Shown piece after piece: positions 7,889 to 16,156 of a stretch of 48,795 nt of DNA. The notes beneath the pieces were generated by a model. The model was not told the origin of the DNA and did no database searches. It worked only from the letters and a program-made list of their open reading frames with translations. The DNA lies in IMG/VR virus record IMGVR_UViG_3300021057_000015. One strand, written 5' to 3'. Source of the stretch: a virus. Each line of letters opens with the position of its first letter. Position 1 is the first letter of the stretch. The position numbers and the translations under genes are program-made.

Positions 7889-8074
7889 TTATTGGCTGGC
7901 AATCACCTCGGCTGCGATCTGCTCGGCCTGAGCGATCTGCTCGGGCGTGGCGTCCGGGTGCAAAACGATTTGCCGGCCCGCCAGGGTGCCGTCGGTGTCG
8001 CGCACAGTGACAATCGGCAGGCCTTCCGCCTCGATTTCAGTATGGATTTGACGAAAAATGGCATCAATATCCAT
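7889..8074 (-). CDS. Small phage protein (61 aa), last gene of the late operon
   Basis: GGGAGGA RBS. Its start overlaps the stop of the tail-fibre gene. Confidence 0.55.
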   Translation of the reverse strand: MDIDAIFRQIHTEIEAEGLPIVTVRDTDGTLAGRQIVLHPDATPEQIAQAEQIAAEVIASQ

Positions 8075-8076
8075 GT

Positions 8077-8997
8077 TTAGAAGTATCCTCCCACAATTAA
8101 ACCAGTTTGAACAGGATTAGCGCCATTATCACCGTATATCGTGGAGGTGCCCCCCGACGAATATTCGATTGCCGAAATGAACGAAAATCCAGGTTCCAAA
8201 AATCCAGACCAGCTGGCAGACAGCACTTCACCGGCATTGCCGCCTGTGGCGTAGGCCCCAAAACCTGACCTGGCCGTCGTGGAATTGACCCCAATATTGG
8301 CCGCTCCCGCGGTGGAAGCCGCCGTGCTGATGAATGCCTGGTAGGTGGCGGTCAGGGCTTCAAGTTTTCGACCGATCACCACATTCGCCCGGTAATTTGA
8401 GCTATTGTTGGCCGCCCGCCAGGCCCCGACATTGCCATAGGTCCACGAATTCGTTGTGTCGTGAATCATGGTCGGCACAAACACCCGGTTGCTCTCGTTC
8501 CATACAAACAGATTGGCCGCCGCCGCATCGCCGCCGAAGCTGAACTCACACTGCCCGGTGACGCCAGTCGTTCGAATCGTTCCCAGATAGCGCCTGGCGG
8601 GCGCGCCTGTTTTGCACCAGACGCCATCTTGCTGGGCCAGGGCTACTGCCCTGGTTGAATCGTTCGTCCACTCCACCGCCTCAAGTGTCAGTGTGCCGCC
8701 GCTGGAGTACCCGAAGATATCGAAGTTCTTGTTGGCCGCAAACCCGCTCAAGCCCAGGCTGGCCTCGCTAAAGCTGAGCAGCTCCCAGGCACCGCCAGAG
8801 AAGAGTGCGATCTGATTGCCCTCGTGCGGCGTGTAATAGAGGGTGGTTTTGGCCGTCTGGCTGGTGGTCATGACCGGTGTGCCGCTGACCAGGGTCAGCC
8901 GGCCATTGGCTGTGCCGACCGGGACAACCGCGGCGGCAGCCGCTGCGGAGGATCCGCCCGTGCCCCAGCCCTGGCCGGGGATGTAAACCGGGCTCAT
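8077..8997 (-). CDS. Tail fibre / receptor-binding protein (Gly/Ser/Thr/Ala-rich, 306 aa)
   Basis: Fibre-like low-complexity beta-rich composition with N-terminal GQGWGTGGSSAAAAAA. Position at the distal end of the tail module. Confidence 0.65.
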   Translation of the reverse strand: MSPVYIPGQGWGTGGSSAAAAAAVVPVGTANGRLTLVSGTPVMTTSQTAKTTLYYTPHEGNQIALFSGGAWELLSFSEASLGLSGFAANKNFDIFGYSSGGTLTLEAVEWTNDSTRAVALAQQDGVWCKTGAPARRYLGTIRTTGVTGQCEFSFGGDAAAANLFVWNESNRVFVPTMIHDTTNSWTYGNVGAWRAANNSSNYRANVVIGRKLEALTATYQAFISTAASTAGAANIGVNSTTARSGFGAYATGGNAGEVLSASWSGFLEPGFSFISAIEYSSGGTSTIYGDNGANPVQTGLIVGGYF

Positions 8998-9419
8998 ACC
9001 ACGGCCACCAAGGCGCGGGTTTCGATGTCCGCGATCTCATTGGCGTAGCCGTGGCCAGGCCGAAGCGTCACCGTGCCGGTAGCGGCCCCGCCATCAGCCT
9101 TGAACCGAATCGAATTGAATTCCTCGTGCTGGGCGATTGGGAAGCTGGCGCCAGCGGCCACCTCCTCAATCCGGCTGCTGGTATTGGCCGTGTGCAGATT
9201 GCCGGCCGGCGTGTCGGCACTGCCGTCGTACTTGGTCACGTAAAAATACAGCTTCCGGTCGGTGTCGTTGACCACGTTGCAGACCTTCACGTTCAGCGGC
9301 AGCCGAAACAGGGCCTCAGTGGTGCTCGAGAACGGACAGGTATAGCGGCGATGGGCCAGCGGGATGTCGCGCTCTTCGGCAGACCGCGTATCGTCCTGGG
9401 TGATGTTTGAATAGGGCAC
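8994..9419 (-). CDS. Phage tail-associated protein (141 aa)
   Basis: Overlaps its neighbours in the late operon. No recognisable motif. Confidence 0.5.
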   Translation of the reverse strand: MPYSNITQDDTRSAEERDIPLAHRRYTCPFSSTTEALFRLPLNVKVCNVVNDTDRKLYFYVTKYDGSADTPAGNLHTANTSSRIEEVAAGASFPIAQHEEFNSIRFKADGGAATGTVTLRPGHGYANEIADIETRALVAVV

Positions 9420-9434
9420 AGGGATAGGTCCTTT

Positions 9435-9602
9435 CTACGGTCGAATCAGGGATAAGCCGGTGATGACAGCACCGCTGAGCAGAATCAGCGCTGCCAGGAA
9501 ATACAGGGCATTCCGCCACTTGTGCTCAGCGGGCCGGAGTTTCAGGATCACGAGCGTCAGCAGCGCTGCCAGGATTTTGAGAGTGACTATCACGGGTGTC
9601 AT
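9435..9602 (-). CDS. Small 2-TM membrane protein (55 aa; class II holin-like or antiholin-like)
   Basis: Not in the ORF track. ATG preceded by AAAAGGAGG. It translates to MTPVIVTLKILAALLTLVILKLRPAEHKWRNALYFLAALILLSGAVITGLSLIRP. It overlaps the 3' end of 9526-9900 out of frame. Confidence 0.4.
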   Translation of the reverse strand: MTPVIVTLKILAALLTLVILKLRPAEHKWRNALYFLAALILLSGAVITGLSLIRP

Positions 9603-9900
9603 CGAATCCAAACCTCCTTTTCATCTCCTTTTCACAATAGGCAAGGAAGCCCAGGCCCATGTAGCCGGCCATTCCCGCCAGAAAGATTTTGTAGTACATC
9701 CCGTCGAGGTGAAGCATCTGGGCCAGCGGGATCGCCATCAGGGCACAGAAGCCCGAGATGCAGGCATTGGCAGCCAGCAGCCAGATGAAGCGCCAGCCGC
9801 GGGCCCCGGTGTCGCGGTTATCGGCCACGGTGCGCGCGATGGAGCCGTAGAGCGCCACCACGGCGCAGGCGATGAGGTCGATCAGCTCTTGCTCGGTCAT
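9526..9900 (-). CDS. Membrane protein with about three TM helices (124 aa), holin-like
   Basis: Hydrophobic segments AVVALYGSIA, FIWLLAANACISGFCALMAIPLA and IFLAGMAGYMGLGFLAY. Located immediately downstream of a putative cell-wall enzyme gene. Confidence 0.5.
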   Translation of the reverse strand: MTEQELIDLIACAVVALYGSIARTVADNRDTGARGWRFIWLLAANACISGFCALMAIPLAQMLHLDGMYYKIFLAGMAGYMGLGFLAYCEKEMKRRFGFDDTRDSHSQNPGSAADARDPETPAR

Positions 9901-10388
9901 GGCCGGGCCGGGATCTTCAGGTCAGGGGGAACCTTGACGTAGCCCAGACCGTAATCGACATAGCATTTGGTGAAGGGCCCGTAGCCGATTTGCCAGCTCA
10001 CAAAGCGCTTGAGATCGTCCAGCGTGCGAAACACCAGGCAGCCGGCCGAGCCGGGCGCGGTGGCGCGGTTGCCGTCTGCGTGGAATCCGATGGCCCGGCT
10101 GCGCATGATCACCTGCCAGATCGGGCTCTTGATCTCGCGAAAAAGCCGTGTGTAATCGCCCTTTTGCCCGGCCCATTCCAGCGGCCCGAGATCAAATTCC
10201 CCTTCCGGGCAGGGCTCGAGCTGGCCGACGTGCTGGGTCGGGACCGTGCTCAGCCGCTGATGGCCCGGAGCGCCGGAATTGACGATCATGAAGCCGAGAT
10301 AATTCTTGCCCTGGAATGCATGCAGCTCGAGATCGAGCAGGCCGTTGGGGGCCATCCGGCCTTTCTTGACGACAAAGCTATTAACCAT
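9897..10388 (-). CDS. L,D-transpeptidase (YkuD)-like fold protein, candidate peptidoglycan-active lysis enzyme
   Basis: The motif HADGNRATAPGSAGCLVF has the spacing of the YkuD catalytic His...Ser-x-Gly-Cys signature. Length 163 aa. Gene order is enzyme then membrane proteins. Confidence 0.45.
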   Translation of the reverse strand: MVNSFVVKKGRMAPNGLLDLELHAFQGKNYLGFMIVNSGAPGHQRLSTVPTQHVGQLEPCPEGEFDLGPLEWAGQKGDYTRLFREIKSPIWQVIMRSRAIGFHADGNRATAPGSAGCLVFRTLDDLKRFVSWQIGYGPFTKCYVDYGLGYVKVPPDLKIPARP

Positions 10389-10725
10389 GGGGTGCCTCTT
10401 TCGTAGGGGGTTTGGGTTTGCCCTGGAACAGGCCCAGGGTGTTGAAGTGGTCTACCGCCCAGCGAATCGCCGCGGGCGCGAAGGGGATCACCAGGCCATA
10501 GGCCAGCAGATCGACCCAGGGCGGCTGATCGCCAAAGACGGTTTCGAGCTGGACATACAGCTGATTGAGGGCCCGCTGAAGCTTGGCCTCGGCAATCTGC
10601 TGCTTCTTGGGGCCCGGCGCACTCGGGTTTTCGAGCTCGGTCTTCAAGGCCGCAGCCAGGGCCAGGGTCTGCAGGGCGGACGCAGTCGGCGCATGCAGGG
10701 CTTTCAGGCCGGTCAGTTCGTCCAT
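10381..10725 (-). CDS. Hypothetical protein (about 115 aa)
   Basis: Internal Met (MDELTGLK...) of ORF 10381-10980. The upstream part of that ORF is Pro/Arg/Cys-rich off-frame junk. Its start immediately follows the stop of the metzincin gene. Confidence 0.45.
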   Translation of the reverse strand: MDELTGLKALHAPTASALQTLALAAALKTELENPSAPGPKKQQIAEAKLQRALNQLYVQLETVFGDQPPWVDLLAYGLVIPFAPAAIRWAVDHFNTLGLFQGKPKPPTKEAPHG

Positions 10726-10729
10726 GGGG

Positions 10730-11602
10730 CTACCTCTTGAGAAACGGATTGGTTGCCAGGCGGTCTTTTTCGTAAGGCACCAGCACGGCCAGCGGCGGCA
10801 TGCCGCGCTGCATGATCGCGTTCTGAATCCCGCTGGCATTGCCCATGGAGGCATCGGTGTGCTGCAGGCCCAGGCAGTGCCCGAGCTCGTGGCCAATGGC
10901 ATAGGCCACGGTCTGGGCGCGCGGGGTCGGAGCGGCCGGATCGTAGAGATTGGCCGGCAGGGTGGCAAAGCTGCTGACAAAGGTCAGCCAGCCGCCGCCG
11001 GCCGCGTCATAGTCCCAATCGGCCGTTGCGCCGCAATACTGGGTGCAGACATAGATCAGGTTGCTGTTGATGCGATTGCCGTAGAATCGCAGCAGATCGG
11101 CCTGGCAGACCTTCCAACTGTCGTACCGATCGGCTTGGTCCATATAAAGCTGCTGCCACTCGACGGCGGTTTTGTCGCTGCCAAAGAGCGTCGGGCGCAT
11201 CACGGTCAGCCGGCCGACGCCCTGGCCTTCGTACCAGTCGGCTACGCGCAGGCAGTTCTGATGGAAGGTTTCGGCCGCGCCGTTGAGCTCGGCGATCGGC
11301 CGGCTGAGGGTGTCCTTGGCGAACAGGATCACGGGCACCACCTGCCAGTCCTGGCGGTAGGGGTGGAAAAACTGCCAGCCCCATTCGTCGAAGCCGGTTT
11401 GCACCACTTGCCAGTCCGCGCCGTACTTCGCCCGGCACCAGCCTTTGAGATCCACCGGATAGCGCCGGGTGTCGCCGGGCTTTTTGGCGGCCCAGCCGTA
11501 GGCGTGGTGGGTGTCGTTGGGCCAGAGCTCGGTGGTCGGGCCATAGGCCCAGCGTGCGGCCTCGAGAATTACGGAATAGCCTATCTGAATGTAGGGTGAC
11601 AT
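10730..11602 (-). CDS. Matrixin-like zinc metalloprotease (metzincin, M10-type) within the tail module
   Basis: The motif HELGHCLGLQH is an exact match to the HExxHxxGxxH signature, and it is followed by NAIMQRG, which is Met-turn-like. 290 aa. Confidence 0.7.
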   Translation of the reverse strand: MSPYIQIGYSVILEAARWAYGPTTELWPNDTHHAYGWAAKKPGDTRRYPVDLKGWCRAKYGADWQVVQTGFDEWGWQFFHPYRQDWQVVPVILFAKDTLSRPIAELNGAAETFHQNCLRVADWYEGQGVGRLTVMRPTLFGSDKTAVEWQQLYMDQADRYDSWKVCQADLLRFYGNRINSNLIYVCTQYCGATADWDYDAAGGGWLTFVSSFATLPANLYDPAAPTPRAQTVAYAIGHELGHCLGLQHTDASMGNASGIQNAIMQRGMPPLAVLVPYEKDRLATNPFLKR

Positions 11603-11613
11603 GGGGCCTCCTT

Positions 11614-12720
11614 TTAGCCTTCAATCCAGGTCAGGCGGGCGTATCCATCGGTGCCGTTGGCGCCGTTGTTGGTGCCGCCTGCGCTGGCGCCGCCGCCGCC
11701 AGCGCCATAGCCCGTGCCGTTCGAACCGTTGGAATTTCCGGTATTGGTGCCGCTGGCGCCGCCGCCGCCGTGGTAGCCGCCCCCGCCGGGTCCTACCCCA
11801 CCGCCACCCGGCCATAGGCCATCCCCGCCGTTTTCGGTCGGGCCTGTGGCATCCGATGCGCCGCCGGCCCCGCCGTGCACGCCGGCATCCACCAGCTGGG
11901 CTGGGTCGGAAAAAATATCCCAGTCAGTCATGAACTGCCGGCCGATGTAGGTGCTCGTGGCTTGCCCGCCAGGGCTCGTGCCAACCTTGTCGCCGCCCTT
12001 GCCACCGGTCCCACCTGCAGCAGACAGCAGCGTTCCGTTGGTGCCGTCTGCGATCGTCGTGTTGCCCCCGTTGCTGGCGTTGCTGGGATTGGTACTCGCT
12101 GCCGTTCCGTTGCTTTTGGCGCCGATGGTGATGGTCAGGTTGCCCGTGATCAGCGAAACATCCAGCTCTTTGACCTGGGTGGCGCCGCCACCTCCGCCAC
12201 CCCCGCCCTGGTTGGTGCCGTTGTCGTTGCCGCCGCCACCGGCGCCGGCACCCTTGGCGCGGCCCCAGCACTTGTGCAGGGTGGCCGGCTTGGTCCAGGT
12301 ATTGGCGCCGGGGGTGGTCCAGGCCTGCGCTTTATACTTGCTCCCGGCCGCATTGATTTGGGCTTTCAGCCGCGCATAGTTTAGATCGCTGTTTCGCCAG
12401 TAGCCGTAATAGGGCTGGGTCATGACGTCTTTGAGGTTGGCGCCGATTTTGCACAGCTCCGCCGTGGCAAAGGTGCTGCCGGCAATCACGGTCAGCGCCA
12501 CCGAGCTGTTTTTGGTCTCGGTCCAGCCCAGGGCCGACCCATAGATCGCATCCAGGCTGGAGCTGTTGGAAAACAGGGCCTGGCAGGAACCAAAATCGGC
12601 CATCAGCTCGCGGAACAGTGCTCGGTTACCGATGGTGCCGAGGTAGGTTTGTAGGGTGGTGGAGGTATAGCCCCCGGCCAGCAGAGAAGCTTTCAGGCTA
12701 TTGGCGGAAGATGATGGCAT
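11614..12720 (-). CDS. Gly-rich tail fibre-like protein (about 368 aa from MPSSSANSLK)
   Basis: The C-terminal half consists of GGxGG/NGT collagen-like low-complexity repeats. The N-terminal 41 residues of the tracked ORF are judged off-frame leader and not part of the protein. Confidence 0.6.
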   Translation of the reverse strand: MPSSSANSLKASLLAGGYTSTTLQTYLGTIGNRALFRELMADFGSCQALFSNSSSLDAIYGSALGWTETKNSSVALTVIAGSTFATAELCKIGANLKDVMTQPYYGYWRNSDLNYARLKAQINAAGSKYKAQAWTTPGANTWTKPATLHKCWGRAKGAGAGGGGNDNGTNQGGGGGGGGATQVKELDVSLITGNLTITIGAKSNGTAASTNPSNASNGGNTTIADGTNGTLLSAAGGTGGKGGDKVGTSPGGQATSTYIGRQFMTDWDIFSDPAQLVDAGVHGGAGGASDATGPTENGGDGLWPGGGGVGPGGGGYHGGGGASGTNTGNSNGSNGTGYGAGGGGASAGGTNNGANGTDGYARLTWIEG

Positions 12721-12722
12721 GG

Positions 12723-13544
12723 TTAAAGACCTCTTAGGAAAGCGAGTCGAAGATGGGCCGTAAACGGCCGGGACGCCGTTGCATCCGTGTTGTACAGGCG
12801 CAGGTAGAGATAGCCGGATGGCATGTCCGCGCACCAGCCGCACAGAACCAGTTTCTGATTCAGGATCGGCAGCGACGTCAGCACGACCCCATAGGCCGAC
12901 TCCATATACGGAAGCGGCACTTTCAGAGTCGTGGCCGTGGTCGCGGCAATGATGCCAATGGTGGCTGGGATGGTTAGGTGGATTGGTTGCTTATCTTGAA
13001 GCTTTTTGATCTGATCCCGCAGCTCCAGCACCTGCAGCGCCAGCCAGGTCGTCAAGCCCTCATCACCGGCTCCGCCGGACGTCTCCTGCTTGACCCACTG
13101 CCCGGTATAGTTGCTGTTGACGATGTCCTCGCCGCCAGCGGTCAGGCTGCTGCCAGACTGCCAGCGGTAGGGGCCCACGTCCTTGACGTGGTATTTCAGG
13201 CCTTCTGGCGCGTAGGTCGTATCGATGGTGGGCAGATCGGCCACGGAATCGGCGTTGAACAGGCCCATCCCGTTAAAGAGGCGATTCGACAGCAGCACGC
13301 GCACATTCCGCACCTCGCCGGGAACGGCCGGTGCACCGCTGAGCGGTGCCGCCAGCGTGACCTGGTTGCCGCTGAGGCTGGCAATCTTACCTTCCTCGAA
13401 ATTGCTGCCGACCTTGACCAGGATCCACAGGCCCTCGGCCAGATTCGTCGCGCTCGAGACAGTGAAGATCTGATTGGTCGGCGCCGGTGATGCTGCGACC
13501 GTCAGAATCTCTGGGGCCTTGCCGAAAAAGTCTGTATAGCCCAT
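12723..13544 (-). CDS. Tail protein (273 aa)
   Basis: Contiguous with the fibre genes. Composition is beta-rich. Confidence 0.55.
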   Translation of the reverse strand: MGYTDFFGKAPEILTVAASPAPTNQIFTVSSATNLAEGLWILVKVGSNFEEGKIASLSGNQVTLAAPLSGAPAVPGEVRNVRVLLSNRLFNGMGLFNADSVADLPTIDTTYAPEGLKYHVKDVGPYRWQSGSSLTAGGEDIVNSNYTGQWVKQETSGGAGDEGLTTWLALQVLELRDQIKKLQDKQPIHLTIPATIGIIAATTATTLKVPLPYMESAYGVVLTSLPILNQKLVLCGWCADMPSGYLYLRLYNTDATASRPFTAHLRLAFLRGL

Positions 13545-14401
13545 CAGTCGAGACTCTCGCAGGCCAGGACGAAATCATAGAGCAGGCTGATGCTGCTGTC
13601 CTTCAGCTGCTCGATCGGTCGCCGGTTCATCATGGTGCCGGTGTTCGGATCGCCGGTAGCACCCCCGCCAATGAAGCAGCCAGCTTCGGAATGCAGGGCC
13701 TTGACCGGATTGGGGGAAACCGGAATGTCGCCGGCCGGGAACGCACCGGCGCCGGTCAGGGATCCTCCGGTGATGTTGGTACAGGTCAGCTGATTGCCGC
13801 CGTTGATCGCGCTGATGGTGAATTTGTAAGTTGTCGAGCCCGTTTCGACCTGAGCCCGCCCGCCAACGATGAAACCAGTCCCAGAGGCCACGGTGAGGAC
13901 GGTGCTGGTGGCGCTCGAGACGGTTGTGTTGCCAGTGGGATTGGCCTGGCTTTTTTGGATGTAGGTCGTCGCCGAGAAGGTTGAAACCGTGTCGTCGTAG
14001 AACTCGGTCGGGGTGGCGCGGTAGAGCTCGGAGCCCAGCTGTGTCTGGTTGAAGGTGGTCGCCGCGAAGTTGAGGCCTACTGCGAACTTCTCAATAAAAA
14101 GGGTCTGATTCACGCCCGGCGTAACACTCCGGCCCATCAGCCGGGCGAAAAAGTCGCTGTAGAAGCCCCGGACCAATTTGTTCTCGCCGCCGGTCCGGCC
14201 CAGCAGCTGGGTATGCCGGACCTCGCCGCGGCGGATGGCAGCCATCACCTCGTGCGTGGATGCATCGCGGTACCGGCGCTCCTGCCGGCGCAGGGTGGCC
14301 ATCAGGGCAGCCAGATCGTCCAGCTCGTCGGGCACGCGCAAGGCCGTACATTCAATGCGGCTGCTCAGGCGCAGGCCGCCGCGCACATCTGTGTGTTGCA
14401 T
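13544..14401 (-). CDS. Tail protein (about 286 aa from MQHTDVRGG...)
   Basis: The N-terminal part of the tracked 443-aa ORF is an Arg-rich off-frame artefact that overlaps the upstream gene. The chosen ATG follows the stop of 14413-16152. Confidence 0.5.
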   Translation of the reverse strand: MQHTDVRGGLRLSSRIECTALRVPDELDDLAALMATLRRQERRYRDASTHEVMAAIRRGEVRHTQLLGRTGGENKLVRGFYSDFFARLMGRSVTPGVNQTLFIEKFAVGLNFAATTFNQTQLGSELYRATPTEFYDDTVSTFSATTYIQKSQANPTGNTTVSSATSTVLTVASGTGFIVGGRAQVETGSTTYKFTISAINGGNQLTCTNITGGSLTGAGAFPAGDIPVSPNPVKALHSEAGCFIGGGATGDPNTGTMMNRRPIEQLKDSSISLLYDFVLACESLD

Positions 14402-14412
14402 CGGAATTCCTT

Positions 14413-16152
14413 TCAAACGGTGGAAAAGGCGTAGTCGAAGCGGTTCAGGCTGTAGCTCTGTTGGCTGTAGAAAAGCGGTCCTTCGGTCTCGATCCGGGCA
14501 TAGAGCGGATCGTCCAGGCTCAGGAGCTCGCTGATCGATATGGGCTCGCTCGGGTGAACGCAGTCCTTCATCACCAGCAGCTCGGGGACCTGGACACTGA
14601 TTTTGTTCAGCGTGTCGTCGAGGTTGATCTTGACCTTCTGGGCCTCGAGCATGAGCTTGCGGAACTGGGCCTGCCACTTGCTCAGCGTCGCGTCGAAGCT
14701 CAACCGGATCTTGCAGTAGGGATGGACCTGGCCATACTGGTTCAGCTCGGCGTCGACCGTACCGCCCTCGTCTTCGATGACGATCTGCTGAACGACCACA
14801 TCCCCGACGTATCGTTTCGTAGTGGGCAGATCGAAGGGCAGGACCATCCCCGCCAGCAGGGGCTGCCAGCTCCAAACCGACGTGTAGGTCGTAGCCTGGC
14901 CCTGTGGCAGCGGCCGGGCCATGGCCAGCATGGCCCCGGCGAAGCGCTTGGCCTCGGCATAGGTGAAATAGTTCTCGTCCGAGCTGACCTTGTAGACGAA
15001 GCGGCCGGAGTCCTTCCGCAAGGCACGGTACAGGCCGATCGACATCTGGTCGGTGACATAGACCGGGCTCGGCTCGTCGCTGCGCAGCTCATACGGCTGA
15101 TTCGTGCCGGCGCCGCCAGAAGTGCTCTCGGCGTAGTTGCTGCTGAGCCGCCATTCCTGGGTCGCGCCGCTGCTGTTGTTTTTTTCGGCGGTGTAGACGG
15201 CGCTGGAGTTGGCCAGCTTGAACTGCATCGGCGGCAGCAGGCCTTCCCAGTCGGTGGCCGGTGGACTGCCGTGGCCTGCGACGATGTTCGTCCCCTGGCT
15301 GACGTTGACCGTACCGGCCGTGTAGCGCGGCCGGTACCAGAACTCGATCACGTTGTGGACGAGATCGTTCTGGCGCCGGATTTTGAAGCTATCCTTGTCG
15401 AACAGGTCGTATTTGTTCGTCTCGTTGACCGTCAGATTGAAGCGGACCGCCGCATCGGTCTTGGACACCAGCTTGATTTTGCGCGTGACGGGCTCGATGA
15501 TGTAGGTCGTATCGGTCAGATTGGCGATGTGCTCGAGAATCTGGCTCGGCCGCTTCGACTTGATCGGGTAGCTGTCGACCAGGAAGCCCAGGTTCGGGTC
15601 GATGTCGCTGGGATCGAGTGTGGTGTAGTTCCAGAGGACATCCCGCAGGATGAAGCCGTGCTTTTTGCTGGTGTAGAGCTTATTGACCGATTCGCGCTCG
15701 AGTTCGCCGTAGAGATCCTTGCAGGAGACCTGGTAGCGAACGGCCTCGGTCCCGTCCGCGCGGACGCCGATGACTTCGGGATCGGCGTCGGCCAGGAAGC
15801 CGTCGAAGTAGCAGTAGGTTTCACTCAGGTTCCAGATCTGGACCCGCAGCTCCAGCGCGTCCTCGAGCCGGAAGGGAATGACCTGGTAGGGCTCGTAATC
15901 GTCGACGATACCGAAGCTGGCCGAGCCCTTTTCGCCATAGGTGCTGGTGATCCGCATCGTTTCGGGATCGTAGAACCAGCCGAGCTGATAGGCATCGTCG
16001 CCGAGAAAGACCTTGATTGACCAGGCGCTGGGCATGTCGCGTTCCGGCGGCGGCCCGGCCGGCGAGCCGTAGCCTGAACGGACGATACTGGTCGCATAGG
16101 GGTTGTTGAGGGTGCGGTAGAGCTGGCTGATATCGACGGTACAGGTGGCCAT
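14413..16152 (-). CDS. Tail tip / distal tail structural protein (579 aa)
   Basis: Large structural ORF immediately downstream of the tape-measure gene. Confidence 0.65.
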   Translation of the reverse strand: MATCTVDISQLYRTLNNPYATSIVRSGYGSPAGPPPERDMPSAWSIKVFLGDDAYQLGWFYDPETMRITSTYGEKGSASFGIVDDYEPYQVIPFRLEDALELRVQIWNLSETYCYFDGFLADADPEVIGVRADGTEAVRYQVSCKDLYGELERESVNKLYTSKKHGFILRDVLWNYTTLDPSDIDPNLGFLVDSYPIKSKRPSQILEHIANLTDTTYIIEPVTRKIKLVSKTDAAVRFNLTVNETNKYDLFDKDSFKIRRQNDLVHNVIEFWYRPRYTAGTVNVSQGTNIVAGHGSPPATDWEGLLPPMQFKLANSSAVYTAEKNNSSGATQEWRLSSNYAESTSGGAGTNQPYELRSDEPSPVYVTDQMSIGLYRALRKDSGRFVYKVSSDENYFTYAEAKRFAGAMLAMARPLPQGQATTYTSVWSWQPLLAGMVLPFDLPTTKRYVGDVVVQQIVIEDEGGTVDAELNQYGQVHPYCKIRLSFDATLSKWQAQFRKLMLEAQKVKINLDDTLNKISVQVPELLVMKDCVHPSEPISISELLSLDDPLYARIETEGPLFYSQQSYSLNRFDYAFSTV

Positions 16153-16156
16153 GCGC

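Noticed and set aside
10381-10980. 199-aa ORF reading MSAALPPCRPISTIRPLRP...
   Set aside because: The first 85 residues are a Pro/Arg/Cys-rich off-frame artefact overlapping the metzincin gene. Only the distal MDELTGLK... part (10381-10725) is called.
11601-12385. Arg/Trp-rich and Pro-rich ORFs overlapping the Gly-rich fibre gene in other frames
   Set aside because: They are frame-shifted readings of a GGN-repeat coding region. Their composition is uniform, in RRWRRR and PPPPP runs.
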